From the NCBI GenBank assembly GCA_030704615.1, contig CM060734.1:52948001-53012000 (forward strand): a stretch of DNA of 64,000 nucleotides, written 5' to 3'. Positions within the stretch are counted from its first letter, which is position 1; the number at the start of each line of letters is the position of its first letter. Position numbers and translations under genes: made by a program. Below, piece after piece: positions 1 to 13,003 of the stretch. Source of the stretch: Takakia lepidozioides (taxonomy: Eukaryota > Plantae > Bryophyta). The notes under the pieces are model-generated. The model made no database searches, had not been told where the DNA came from, and saw only the letters and a list, made by a program, of their open reading frames with translations.

Positions 1-95
1 TGGATTAGAGAGTGGAAGACCTCATGTTTTGGATGCGCACACAGATCTGATTAAATGAGACACTGCTTCAGAAATACAAGGCTGCTGGTAGTTAC

Positions 96-1778
96 CATCC
101 ATGTAATTGCGATGTAACAGGAAACCAGACATGACAGACACCCCAAAGGAGAGCAGATAGCCATGATCCTCCACACTCACAACTGTTGCTGTCATCACCT
201 GCAACAAATACACTTGACAAATCAGCATCCTGCATCCAAAACAAATCCTAGGTCTCAAATCCTATGAGGGATTAAAATACAACATTAGAAGGTTCTTACT
301 TGGCCTTCATGTACAGCATCAATCATAAGCCCTTCATGAAGATAGCCAAGGCGCAGTGAGAGCTCAATGCGTCGACCTTTCTTCTCTTGCTTGCCCTTTG
401 CAAGCTCCAATTTGAGCACCGTGCACGCCACCAATTGCCCAACAATGAACAACTCCATCAATGGTGAGACCTCATTTTCCTGTATGAGAACCGATTCAAA
501 CTTCAGCTGAAGTCCCAAGCTATGTGGAGGGGCTCATTTGCTACTACAATTGATAAGACGTTAAGTACAGTGTTGCATCTGTGAATACACCGTACCTCTA
601 CATACAAAAACTAGGGCATTCATCTTGTGACTTAAAAGGTCAAAACTTGATTGCACATGAAAGGCACCATCAGGGGTTTCTAGTCGTTCAAGTGGCAACA
701 CTCCAACAGATACCTGGAACCATTCTGCCATACATCCAAGATAAGGCTCAGCCTTAGTATCTAGAAGAGCATTTGATAAAAACCGAATGATAAAATCAAC
801 GTCATAATACCTCATCATTGCCTCCTACCAGATGGCCATCATTCTCCATCAATGGTACCTCCTCATTTTTACGCCGTTTCTTAACCTTTTTGCTGGCTTT
901 CACATTGTTCTTGAACAACACATCCGAAGCCTCCTCAGCCAATACAAACCCCCGTAACCCTCCAGGAAGGCTAACCACCAGATCCTTGTTGTTGATCTCC
1001 GCAATGGCTCCCCATATTTTCATCCCAACACAAAGGCTCTGCAGGTATGTGAAGCAATCAACAACTTGCTGGCAACTGGCAAAGGGCAGCAGTATATTCT
1101 GTGCCACGCACACACTCAACCACATCCTATCCCCAAAAACTAATGTCCCTCTAACTCTTTCTGCAAAATGGCGACAGCTGATAGACACGGTCACCTTGGA
1201 GCCCGTAGATGCCACCTAAGAAACCAGTTAGGCAGCACACTATCACATGTAGGTTAAAGAGTATCGAGTGTCTAATTCTGTGTTTATTTTCGGGCGTGTA
1301 CAGCTGTGTTAGTGTCATGGTCTCCCACCTTGTACCGCAGCATCTCCACAGACTTTGGGAGGTTCCCGGTAACTCCACCAGTGAGAAGGACATCTTCCTC
1401 ACCGGGCCCCTTATCCTTAGCTCTGAGAGGCCCACTGTAACGCTTCTTTGGCTGCTTTCTCTCCTTTTCAAACTCCGCATCTGCCTGGGCGCGGGCTTCA
1501 CGAATCTCAGCAGCAGTCAATGCGCTCGCCCCCCCTGCAGGAAAACACCCAAAAAAATTCCAGTGAGTGCAAGACCATACAGGCCCATATAGGGAGAAAA
1601 AAAAAATGGTATCATACTAGAAATCACCACATCGAACTGGTCGTGGAAGTAGAAGGAGAGACACAAGGATAATACCTCTTGGGAAATCAGCATCGTCGTT
1701 TAATGGCACCGATGTTGCAGCCCTCTTCTGAAATTCATCGGCTCCCGCTGCTTCATCCTTTTTCCTCTTCCCAGCCAT
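96..1778 (-). CDS. RRP5: rRNA biogenesis protein RRP5 (S1-domain protein), first five exons: 1778-1676, 1534-1329, 1038-811, 479-300, 198-96; gene continues off the window
   Basis: Spliced translation gives MAGKRKK...DFPRGGASALT...LRYK / SLCVGMKIWGAIAEINNKDLVVSLPGGLRGFV / LFIVGQLVACTVL...RRIELSLR / VMTATVVSVEDHGYLLSFG, matching the N-terminal FPRGG motif and S1 repeats of RRP5/PDCD11. All introns are GT-AG. Confidence 0.93.
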
Positions 1779-2041
1779 AAAATTCTGGCCTCTCTGTTTC
1801 TCCTTTGCACAACAAATTGCGCACCAGCCACTTTGGTGGGAGGAGAAAAAAAGAACATAAAACTTCACAGAATTTCCATATTAAACTACGAGGCCGACAG
1901 CCCCCACACCAAAACTTCTAGGAGCACCACGGGCATGAAATCGCAGTCAAGATACTTCAAACTCAGAGACAAACAAATGCTTTCGAATCACTACTGAACT
2001 CCAGCAGAAAACGATTGAATCCTCAAGGGGCTCTAAACTCT

Positions 2042-2050
2042 AAACCCTAA
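2042..2050 (+). promoter_or_regulatory. Telo-box (AAACCCTAA) upstream of RRP5
   Basis: AAACCCTAA lies about 265 bp upstream of the RRP5 ATG. Telo-boxes are typical of plant ribosome-biogenesis genes. Confidence 0.6.
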
Positions 2051-2149
2051 ACCCCATACTTTGCTTATTCTTAAATAATGATCCTTTAGAAGTATTTCTT
2101 CACAAATGCTCAAGTTTCTAACTCAACTTAGGAAATCCTGCATAGCTTT

Positions 2150-5100
2150 ATAAAAAGACCCAAGTGGGGTGACTGTACAAATGGGTGTAACTGTCCCCAA
2201 GAGGAAACAACCAAAGCTCGTAGAGCTAGATATATTAACACAAAGAACAAAATCAAACTATTCTAGTATCACCTACAGCCTGAAGAAGGTCAGACAACAG
2301 GAAAGAGGGTGGATCAGAGAGTGCGGGGAGGCGAGATGAAGCCGCCCCAACAACCTATGCCCGACGTAAAATGGATTGAGCTTGAGCCTTTTGCAAAGCA
2401 ATAGACACTCGTTGTCTAAAAAAAGCTACAAGAACAGAGGCGTATGGGCTACCGAGGCTTTTGTTTTCTGCTGCACGATGGGCACATGTGCAAAGGAACT
2501 CGTTGAACTGATGATGCAAACAACCAAAGATCTCGACTACCAAAGGAAGGAATGTGTCTATGGAATGACGTGCCCGATAGTCATGCTCATTTCCCTGCGC
2601 AGCTACTAAAGCTGCAACTCCCTGTGATGAGGCTGTGCGGGGCAGGAGATCCAACCTAGTAGGATCAACGATGACAACGTCCGCCAATGTACGCAGTCCG
2701 TCCTGTGAGATAACAATGTCAACCCGTCGTCGAGTGGAATGGTGATTGTGGGTCGATGGGAGTATGTGCACCTACTCTCGAATGACATGTATCCCAGCAT
2801 CACGAGCAACCGCAGCTGCTGCATCCCGGACGACGTCATGGATCACAGTGCGTTCTCCACCGCAGGGGCAACGAAGAAGATGTGCGCTGAGTGAATCGAG
2901 AGGATGGTGACAAACACACTGTTGTAGTCCTAACACAGAGGGATGCGGAAGACCCAGTCGAACACGTAGGGAGGTGGTAAATACAGCAGAAGACATACGG
3001 AAGGGTGCAATGGTTGGTCGTACCGTGAGCCACGCGCCTGCTCCGGGCCCTGCGCACGAGAGAAGTCTGGCCCGATGTGCATCTAAAGGAGCGTCGGAAA
3101 GCATGGCAAATGAGTGTCGGTGCACGCGTTCCATGATGGTATCCTGTAAATGCTCCAGACCTTGAATGACCAACTGTTCAAAGGGTGGCAGACAAGCTCG
3201 TGTTGGTGTTGGGATGAGATCCCGCGCTGAACGAAGATGTTGCTGGAAGGGCAAAGAGCCACTGTCGATGTGGGCAACCACCTCCATGAGGAAAGGGCGT
3301 TGTTGACACAGAAACCGAGATGTCAAGGCTGGAGCGACTAAAGCCCAACTACCTAGGAAGGCAGCAGGGGCAGTGACTACTGTGGATAGTAAACCCACTC
3401 CTCTAGAAGAGATCGGGAGGGTAGCCTGACGACATGCCAAGGGCCCCTGCTCACTATCAAATGCACCTGGGCCTAATAGACGACCAAAAATCCCCCTAAC
3501 AGTCGTATCAAAAGAAGACAGAAACTCCACAAACTGGGGAGTGGGGGGAAAACAACACAAAAGATAAGAAGGTTGCTGTAAAAAGCATTTGGTGAGAATG
3601 CCATGGGCTACCTGCATATCGCCTAGTTTGGGAAGAAGCTCTATATGGCTTGAATCTTGTAGCAAAGCGTCTTGGAGGAAAGATGTTGTGTAAGAGGTAC
3701 TACCAAAGGGAACACCTAACACTCGAATACCCTCAGATGGTGCTAGAAAGTCGACAGGGGGCACGAAATCTGAAGGCAGACCAGAGGGTGACCAAACTGT
3801 GGATTTGCGAGGTTGAACAGAGAGCCCAAGAGAGTGAAGTTGGGTAGCAAAGTGATGGAAAGCCAAAAGGATATCAGTGGGAGGGCTAGTGATGTGGGTA
3901 TCATCAGCAATAGAAGGAAATATACAGGATTGGAAGGCTTGCGCAGATGAGCGAAGGGCTCGGAAGTGGGCAAAAGCAAAAAGAGGTCCCCCTAATGGAT
4001 TGCCCTGACGGGTTCCTACTTCGGACTGGATTATAGAAAGATCTCAGGTACGGGTGTGATGACTGTAAAACGAAGGGGTGGAGGAAGCATAAAACAATCT
4101 CACAAAGGGAATGAGTTGATGGCATGCGTCGCCGGCTGATCGCAGTTCTTGAAATATTGCTGATCTGGACACCGTGTTGAAGGCGTTGGACACATCCACC
4201 TAAAGGACGACCCACTCTGGATGAAGGTCAAGGGAAGCCCGAATCCCATGCACCACCGCTTCACAACCTCCCGGAGTAGCGACCCCAAACTGATGTGGAG
4301 AAAAGTGAGAAGAAAAGACCTCCCGAAACTGGATGCAGATAGAGCGGCTCACCAAGCGATATAGAACCTCCCCCACTGCAATAAGACAAATCCCACCTGT
4401 GTTCTTGGACATGGCCAAGAGCCGTGCTGCTCCAAGCAAACGTGCTACTGGGGTAGGTATATGTCCCATCGCAATGAAAGAGCAAACTTGAAACAGCTGG
4501 GAAAAGCCATTAGCAGAGTCATGTGGATTGAGACAGTCACGAAGGTGTTCATACACCAAACCAGACGGACCGGCTGCTGCAAGATGAGGGCTACGTATGA
4601 ATGCTTGTATGAAAGTATCGCGATCCAATTGAAGGTCCTCATCAGGTTCAAAGTCCTCCACAAAGGAAGGAATGATGTCGTCCGCACTGGGGTGGAGATT
4701 CTCCAAAACTGTGACAGTATCAGCCGAAGGTGGTGCTGGGGTAAGAGGAGCAAGAGCTCGAGCTGCACGGGAATACTCTCATGCCCGGCCTAGCATAAGA
4801 CTCCGACGAAGACGCATGTGGATGGATGGAGATGCCTAGTGTGGGCTATCGTGAGCTATTCGCACCGCAAGTGCTTGTGCACGTAGATAATGTTCGTCTT
4901 GAAGGGTTTCCCAGTCCCCAGAGAGAAATCTACGAAGACGGGCATGCGTCTCTTGATGTCCAGATTCACCACCACGTGGAGGCAAAACTAGACACCATAG
5001 ACGAAAAAGTAGAAAAAGGTATGTCATAAGGGTCCCGAGCAAGGCGGTCCAAGGGTAAGCGAAAAGCATGTTGTACCTTTCTGCGAAGCGCCATTGGGAT

Positions 5101-5427
5101 GCGTGTATAGAGCCGGGGACGGGCAAACAGTGCTCCCAAAACATCAAGGGTCGCAATCCAAAGCCATGCCTGGGCAGAAGGAGCTACTAACGGGGTAGGC
5201 AAATGACTGTCCGGAGAAGACTGATTGAGTGTAGAACACGTGTGCCGATGACGCGCAAGTCCCCTGATACGGGCAAACATCCGACCACAACCTGGACAAG
5301 GCACTCGGTCTGGTGGAGAAGATGGTGGTGTTGGTGGTGGGAGACAAGATGGAGCAAAAGAATGGGCGGTCTGATCAGGTGAACCTGTCCGCTGTCTAGA
5401 AGGAGGTGGCGAGCCAGGTGGAGAGGT
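2150..5427 (-). mobile_element. Non-LTR retrotransposon of the RLE type (CRE-like), frameshifted and 5'-truncated
   Basis: N-terminal C2H2 finger (CPGCGRMF...LARHRHTC), RT segments (SPHQFGVATPGGCEAVVH, GIRVLGVPFGS), Cys/His motif (CVCHHPLDSLSAHLLRC...HDVVRD) and restriction-like endonuclease (RRVDIV...LADVVIVDP), spread over ORFs 4966-5304, 4836-5156, 4200-4706, 2772-3866 and 2355-2771. Ends are approximate. Confidence 0.85.
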
Positions 5428-6057
5428 CTAAGTCCCAGAACCGCAATAGGGCCTAGAACTGGAAAAATGGCGCCGAATTTCCAGTTCGGGGCCAGCCAGT
5501 CTAGGGACTTAGCCCGAAAATGGCCAAGTCCTTGAACGGCAATAGGGCCTAGAACTGGAAAATGGCGCCGAATTTCCAGTTCGGGGCCAGCCAGTCTAGG
5601 GACTTAGCCCGAAAATGGCCAAGTCCCTGAACGGCAATAGGGCCTGGAACTGGAAAATGGCGCCGAATTTCCAGTTCCGGGCCAGCCAGTCTATGGGCTT
5701 AGCCCGAAAATGGCCAAGTCCCTGAACGGCAATAGGGCCTGGAACTGGAAAATGGCGCCGAATTTCCAGTTCAGGGCCAGCCAGTCTAGGGACTTAGCCC
5801 GAAAATGGCCAAGTCCCTGAACGGCAATAGGGCCTGGAACTGGAAAATGGCGCCGAATTTCCAGTTCAGGGCCAGCCAGTCTAGGGACTTAGCCATTTTC
5901 GGAGCCCTGACTGGAAATTCGGCGCCATTTTCCCTAACACCACATGAGGCCTCTAACATCCTGAAATGCAAAGATGAAAGAAAGGCAGCGCGTATGTACC
6001 TGTACAGAAGGCGCATTGCTGCTTTGTCCGCGTTCGGCTGGTCGGTGAACTCGTGGC
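5428..6057 (-). mobile_element. Internal fragment of the Mutator-like element (95-bp array plus an exon of the ParB/MTase gene)
   Basis: Near-identical reverse complement of about 33923-34643. Confidence 0.9.
5449..5930. repeat. Tandem array, 95-bp unit x about 5, each with hairpin AACTGGAAAATGGCGCCGAATTTCCAGTT
   Basis: GGCGCC cores at 5469, 5564, 5659, 5754 and 5849, plus an inverted core at 5921. Confidence 0.95.
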
Positions 6058-6356
6058 AGGGGCTGCTATTTCATGAGCGGCATGAGCATGAGCGGGAAAA
6101 AAAAAAGCATGAGCAGACCATTGTGAGTCCACGGAAATAGGGTTAGGAGGCACGGAAATAGGGTCATGTGAAGTTGGAATGTGGCACCAGTGGACTTGAA
6201 ATGCAACATTTTATTGCAAATTTTGTGGCAAGCCACGTCTATACAAGTGTGTTCTAACTGTCATAGCCGGAATGGGCACTACTCTCCTACACCCTCCGAG
6301 GAACTTGCCCCACCTTCTTCCTCATCCCCCTCATCCCCCTCATCCTCCGAGCTCTG
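6058..6356 (-). mobile_element. Terminal (end A) fragment of the Mutator-like element
   Basis: Begins (A)GGGGCTGCTATTTCATGAGCGGCATGAGC and matches 20013 onward and the reverse complement of about 37090-37384. Confidence 0.9.
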
Positions 6357-6440
6357 TACCTGAAAGGCGAATTGGGGAAGGGCCACTGACCCCTTGATTT
6401 GGAGTTGTTGTGCCTCGCTTGGGGTTGTCGGGTATCATTC

Positions 6441-7140
6441 CTGTAGAGTTGTGACCTTGGGTAGAGTGGGAGGGTTCACCATCAGCAACGCTTCCTCTCC
6501 TCCGTGGATGAGGGCTGTTGTGACCGGAGAGGGAGGGTGTAGCAGAACTCTTGGCCCCATTTCTACTGCTCCTAGGATTGTCTTGAAAGGAGGGACAGGG
6601 CCCACCACCAATATTGCCCCTGGCTATACCATGGCTCTGGCGGATGTGCCTAGTGTAAGGGGGCTGACCACCCTGACGTCTAGGGTTACCTTGTATGGCA
6701 GAGAAGGGCCCACCATTATCACGCTGAAGGCTGGTGTGTGAGGAGTGGGCAGGCCCGACACCAGCCTGCACAGCTGTTGTGTCCCGTTTAGGCCCACGGT
6801 TGGGGTGTCTACCGCCTCTAGCCGCCCGCTGTCGGCCATTGCTTTCCACCATCTTCACCTCTACGTTGCCCGCTGTCTGCACGTCTGCACTACAACCCAT
6901 TCTATTTCATCTCTCACTTGTCGCATACTCCAAATCGCTCACAAAATTTCTCTCGTCTTCATATGGCTTTCTGCAAGCTTGGACATACTCTCTGTAGAGC
7001 TGTGACCTTGGGTAGAGTGGGAGGGTTCACCATCAGCAACGCTTCCTCTCCTCCGTGGATGAGGGCTGTTGTGACCGGAGAGGGAGGGTGTAGCAGAACT
7101 CTTGGCCCCCTGGCAGAGAAGGGCCCACCATTATCACGCT
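6441..7140. repeat. Local direct duplication: 6441-6558 and 6695-6725 re-occur joined at 6992-7140
   Basis: Near-identical sequence seen directly; probably part of a degraded TE. Confidence 0.8.
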
Positions 7141-8260
7141 AGCGGCACAACATAGGCCCTGACGTGGACGTTGCAGACTAGGGATTGTTGGATGATATAG
7201 GTCCATCTCACAAAGCGGCAATGAATCAGCTACCACACTATTGTTGCGATTTGAATGCGGGCATGTGTGGTTGTGGCGGGGCCGCGGGTGGCACAGGGGT
7301 CGCGCAGGTGGGGCTACCCCTACCCGGCGGGGTCAGTCTGCTCGGGTGAGCCGCCCCGGGGCGCGCGCAGGGGAAGCGAGAGGGGGGAGTGAGTCTGTTG
7401 GGCCCACAAAACACCTGAAATATGTAGATAAATTCTAGCGACCATCGAAGGTCGGAAGCTAGTTTAGCGTAGAGTAGGAATAGGGTGCCTTAGTGCCACG
7501 TTTTCATCGCCACATCTTCATCACCATGTCATCGTCGCCATGTCATCATCGCCACGTTTCGTAGACACATCATCGTAGCCATGTCATTGTCGTCGTCAAA
7601 TATTTTATATCTGCCCGGACTGCCTGCCCAAAAAGCCCAAAGCACCAAGTTGTTTCGGAGCATGGCGCCCGGGCTGCCCGGTTCTTGAAGTTCTTGAAGT
7701 TCTTGAACTGCAGGAGCTCTGCATTTTCCGCCATCGTTCACCTTGCAAACTGCAAGCTCTCAACTGTCTCGCTGCTCAATGCAAACCGTGGCTTTTCCTC
7801 AACGATCTTTGATCACGTGGAATATAATGTTGGCAGGATTTAGCGAGCATAGGATGCTTTGGAGACCTATGAGCAAATGATGCGCGAAGGGGCGAAGCCC
7901 AACCACAGCACGTTTGTTTGTGTTTACAATGCGTGTGCAAGCCTGGCAGCCTTGGAAAAGAGGAAAGAGGTCGGATTTTCGAGCACAAACGTCTACCTTG
8001 GAGCACGGAGCAGAGTTGGCATAAGTTTTTAAAACATCTTTCACGATGGTGGGACAACCGTAATCGCAAGGTGTGACTTTTGCTTAATGTACCATGTGAA
8101 GAAGTTTTTCCACGTGCGTGCAGATGCTCAACGATCTTTGATCACGTGGAATATAATGTTGGTCGAACCCTCCTTGGGTGAAAGCGGAGCTGGCGACCTT
8201 TATACCTTGTCAAACATATTCTGCTTATGATTCTACTGTTGATGTACACCTTGGCGCTCA

Positions 8261-8842
8261 ATGTCAGGAATCCAAAAGGTATTGTCTTTGAGATTTCCAA
8301 CTAAAACAAATGGAATTGCTACAAACTGTTTTCAAAACATTTTTGAGAAACCTGCTCTAGAGATCATTCATTTGAGTATTTTGTCAGAGATTGGCGACAA
8401 CAGTACTTTGGAGTCATGCAAGCTGACAGGGTTGGACCAGGCTCAATTGTTTGCTGGACATCTAACTGCTAAGAGGGGTAGGACATTCATTATCACCACT
8501 GCTTTGGAAAGAGGACCAAGAGAGGAAGTCAACAAGGGCTTTCCGGGCACTTGTGGGTATGTTAGGACCCTATGTAAGGCAGGACAATTGAAAGAGGCAC
8601 CAGCTGCACATTTTGCACCAACAAGGCATTGTGGCAACTCAAATACTTATATTTGTCTCTTGCAGGAGTGCATAAACCTGAAAAAACTAGAAGAGGGAAA
8701 GCAGGTGCATGCCCATATTATTCAAAGAGGACCCAAGCCAATCATCTTTCTACTCAACAACGTTATCAACATGTACATCAAGTGCGGGAGCCTGGTGGAC
8801 GCACGCCAAGTATTCCATCAAATGTCTGAACGAGACATTCAT
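8261..8842 (+). pseudogene. PLS-class PPR gene 5' fragment, cut by an LTR insertion at 8843; further decayed PPR pieces at about 7790-8060
   Basis: VRTLCKAGQLKEA...TYICLLQECINLKKLEEGKQVHAHII...NMYIKCGSLVDARQVFHQMSERD. Confidence 0.85.
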
Positions 8843-11800
8843 TGTAGAATAATAGGAATTTCTGACTCAGTGACAACTTTAAGAACTTTTTAATACCTTT
8901 TTCATCGATATATTCTACGATACCTTCGATATTGCTGCGATAGAGCAGTGTTCTTCGATATCTTGTATGCAGCCGATAGTCTATCCTGGATTGGATGATA
9001 GAAGAAATGGATGAATGATTGTAAAGGATGGATGGAAGAGGTTGAGCGGTTATTACAGTTGTTGGAGCACTCTGCTATATATTGCATTTATGAGAAGCAG
9101 ACATTGTCAGTTGAGCCAGAGAGTCGTGACCTGAACAGGGGAGAGTAGAGTGAGTAGGAGATAGAATATAGAGTTATTCTTCAATGGTAGATTTAGTACT
9201 GCATTCTTGTGATGATGGTGTTCATAAATGAATAGAAGAGCAGAAGGAGAAAAAAGAAGTCCAATTCACTTTGTGTATGTGTGAAGAATGGAGTGATGGA
9301 ATGAGAATGTGATTCTGTGTGTAAGAATTGAAGAACCATAATTATGTGAGATAGTGAGAATGTGCACAAATGGAGAGGATAAGAATTTGGTGTGTGAATT
9401 AGTTCCTGGTCTACCAAGAAAAATATCGATACGGATATTCAAGGGCTTCCTTGCAATGAGGCAGAGTTAGTTCGAATAGAAAATGGGAACAAGACTGGAG
9501 AAAAAAATTATCAATTTTATATAAACATTGTCAATTGGGACGTAAATTAGTATGTGGTGTTGTACAATAGATGGATATCCAGAGTTCATGAAGGAGCAGA
9601 TTAAGGAAATGAAGACAGAGAGTCTTCAATTGGATTAATGGGAGAAGTATAATAGCGAAGTAAAATCATTTGCATGGCATACAACGATGAGGGAAAATCC
9701 CCATAGCAACTGAAGAAACAAGATTGGTGATAAAGAGTGATCGATAGTAATGTGTGAAGGAGAACGGATAGTGTGTCCTGTAGAATTAATTACAAGACTA
9801 CCTAATAGTCTGTCGTTAGATATCTTTAAAAGACTGCAATGTAGTGACAGAGAGATAATCAATTTATGGTTGGTGAATAAAGGATGGTATCGAGAGCTAT
9901 TGATCTTGTATCAAATAAATTACTGGAGAAGAGTAGTAGATGAGCAATGGTATTTGATCTCATACAATGGGATAGAGTTGACAGAGAGTGGAGGAAATAT
10001 CATTGAAATTGGTAGGGTCTTAGTTGCTATAGATTGAGATAATTAATGATAGAACGTCTTCAGTAGGGAGAATGAAGAGAAATAGAGTAGCAGGGCATCA
10101 TTATGTTATAGTCGTAAAGTGCTTTCCCCAGCGAACGAACTCTAGACTGATTGATCATATTTTTTTTTTAGGGTTGATTATAGTTTTATTCTACATCTTT
10201 TTGGCGCCGCTGCCGGGGAAAGACGATGCGGTTTGCTATAGTGATGCTTTACTAAAAATTTCAAGACAATTACTTTCTGTTGAGGGATTATGAGATGACA
10301 AGGGAAGTCATTCGTAATAGTAAGGTTCCCCCACCTGGTTTCAAACTATGCCCTTATTGTAGTTTAAGTAAGCAACATAAGAAGGCGAAGATCCCGGAAT
10401 GTTTTTGGAGTAAGGAGAAGGCGAGACGGTTGAGCCTCCCTGTCCTAAGTCAACAAAAAAGTGGAGAAACTAGCTCTGGCGATAGCGCATGAGGAGCAGA
10501 TTCAACCGTCACCTAAACAAGAGAAGACATCAAGAACACTTGAATTGATTGTTGCAAGAAATCGAGGAGATCACCTTGTTTTGTCAATTAAGAAGAAGGG
10601 GTTATGGGATATGAGGGAATCTCCCGTAACCGCGGAACATAAGGCTAAAGCCAGATCCGATCGATTGGCAGTCCGGATAGCACGACGAGCATTATTAGCC
10701 GCACAGGCAGCTACATCGACACCACCTATCGTGCCCCCTATTGCAATCCTTGCACCACCTATTGTACTAGCACCAATGGCGGCAGTACCAATTGTGGCCG
10801 CTCTCCAATCAATTCCGGTGGTGGTGAATGTGGGAACGCCTAACAATCGAACTGTCAATGTATCGCCCATGCCACAGATTACAGGGCTGCAAGGGTCAGA
10901 TCCCGACCGCCATTTGGCTCAATTCATGACAGTTTGTATTGCTAATAATGCCAGGACGGAATTCTGTTGGTTGACGATGTTCCCTGCCACTTTGCGGGAG
11001 TTAGCATTCCAATGGTATGATCGGCAACAACATGGAGTATATCCTGATTGGAATTCCTTAAAAACAACTTTTCTAACACAGTTTCGACCCTTGGGTTTTA
11101 CCGATCGTCTACGGGAGCAATTGACAAAACTCCATATGGTGAAAGGCGAGTCGGTCGATTCGTTTGCAGGTCACCTAGAGGATATTCTTCGGCGATGGAA
11201 TAATCATAATATTCCCAACCATATGCAGATGGGCCTATTTGTAGAGGGGTTGGCTTCAGCAGATTTGAATCGTTTTGTTAAAGAAGGTATTCCTGCAGAT
11301 TTACAGGCAGCAATCAATCGGGCCAAGTTGTGGGAAACCATTAATATGTCACCACTTATTCAGTTGGACCTACGACAATGTTTGACACTGATTCCTGGGC
11401 CCCACAAGCGTCGTCAGTTCCAGTGACTATATCTCCCTCCTCAACTCAGTCTACTATGGGAATGTATGCCCTTGTATCTTTACAGAATCAATTACCAGTT
11501 GGTGTAGTAGTTGACCCACAAGAAGGGCAAATTGTTGCATTAACTAAGAAAATGGAGGAGCTCTCCGTGGGAGACCCAAGCCAAATAATCAGCGAACCAA
11601 TATGTGGTGTTCTAATTGTCAGGTTCATGGTCATCTTGCTAATGAGTGCCCAGTGGGTCCAGTGACCAATCCCATTAATGGAGCTGTTGCTAAATGTGGT
11701 TATTGTGGTAAAACATGACATGTGATATTACAGTGTTGGCATTTACAATCAGCCATGGGAATAACCAAAGGACTGGTTGGATGTCAATCAAATTGGGTTA

Positions 11801-12440
11801 ACTCCACCATTTGCCAACCAGCATGTGGCCATTCAATGGTCTGATCAACCACCCCAGAGTCAGCAACCCTGGAGACCAACCCGAGGGCCACAGAGCTGGT
11901 ATCAGTCGGCTAATCAACCTACTCGACAGCAAGTGAGGGGAATACCACCTCAGGGAGCCTATGGTCAAACCTATGGGGGCGGGGGCGGCCAACAGCAGCA
12001 GATGTATCCACAACAGACCAATTCTCCTTATCGGCCGCCTGCTCGACGATTGAGGAATGGTCAATATCATGTTTGTTATCGTTGCCATGAGATTGGACAT
12101 ATTGCCAGCGAATGCCCTAATCCGAAAGCCCCGGTTGATTATATACCGCTTTGTGGACGTGGTGGTGGTCAGGGCCATATTGCTGAACAATATGAGAGTC
12201 CATACCCCCAAAATCCTATCCATCAGCAATCTTATAATAGCCATTTTCAAAAATTTCCTGGTAAATTAAAGATGAGATGGCTCGGCCTATACCGGGTGGT
12301 GGACGCTTTTCCAAATGGCTCTATACAATTGGCTACCATCAATGGCGACCCATTGCTGACCTACATAAACGGCGATCGTCTTAAGTTGTACTTAACCTAA
12401 TGCTTTTGGGGGCAAAATTTAGGTTAAGTGGGAGGGGTTG
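8843..12440 (+). mobile_element. Internally deleted Athila-like Ty3/gypsy element: 5' LTR 8843-10195, PBS about 10202-10219, gag 10461-12230, integrase C-terminal remnant 12240-12400
   Basis: LTR ends TGTAGAA...TTCTACA are followed by the PBS TGGCGCCGCTGCCGGGGA. Retrotrans_gag-like region (MFPATLRELAFQWY), CCHC knuckle (CYRCHEIGHIASEC) and Athila-type INT tail (FPGKLKMRWLG...NGDRLKLY). No RT and no matching 3' LTR. Confidence 0.8.
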
Positions 12441-12707
12441 TCAATATAATAATGTACATGTGAGCAAGTCATTATGAGTGTATTAAGCGTCGTCGTCTGT
12501 TATGACCGATAGATTGGGGGGGCGGTCAGGTTTTAATGATTGTATCCATATTTGCCAGCTATTAGGTCAGGCCATCCTGTACGATAGATAGGAGTGGGGC
12601 CCTTCTTGCCATCTTTACTATCTGCCATTGTTCGTGCATTTTGCATAGTTTGTCACAGTGAGAAGTAAGTGTGGTGTGCGAGAGAGAGTATTGAGTGCAA
12701 TGAATGT

Positions 12708-12919
12708 TGTTAGAAGGCTGCTTGGGACTTAGACACTTTTACAGGATCTGTGGGGTACCCTTAATTTTTGCACAGACTGAGACCAACAGGAGCCTTAGGG
12801 GTGACAACAGCGCACTTTAGGGGGGGTTACACAGCCCGTCACAGCCAACACAGCTCGTCACAGTCCGTCACAGCCCGTCACAGCCAACACAGCTCGTCAC
12901 AGCCAACACAGCCCGTCAC
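12708..12919 (+). mobile_element. Truncated LTR related to the LTRs at 45451 and 53535
   Basis: TGTTAG...GGGACTTAGACAC...GGGTACCCTTAATTTTTGCACAGACTGAGACCAACAGGAGCC plus CACAGCC repeats. Confidence 0.85.
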
Positions 12920-13003
12920 GCTAGCTACCTTGACTCCATTTTGAGCAAAATGTCATCATGGATGTTGCAAGCAGCATTTAACTGACTTCCAATTCAAAGC
13001 CCC

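Noticed and set aside
2033-2055. Telomeric repeat tract
   Set aside because: Only one perfect unit plus degenerate neighbours; better explained as a promoter telo-box.
5449-5930. CRISPR-like appearance of the palindromic arrays
   Set aside because: The spacers are themselves repeated rather than unique, there are no cas genes, and the context is eukaryotic.
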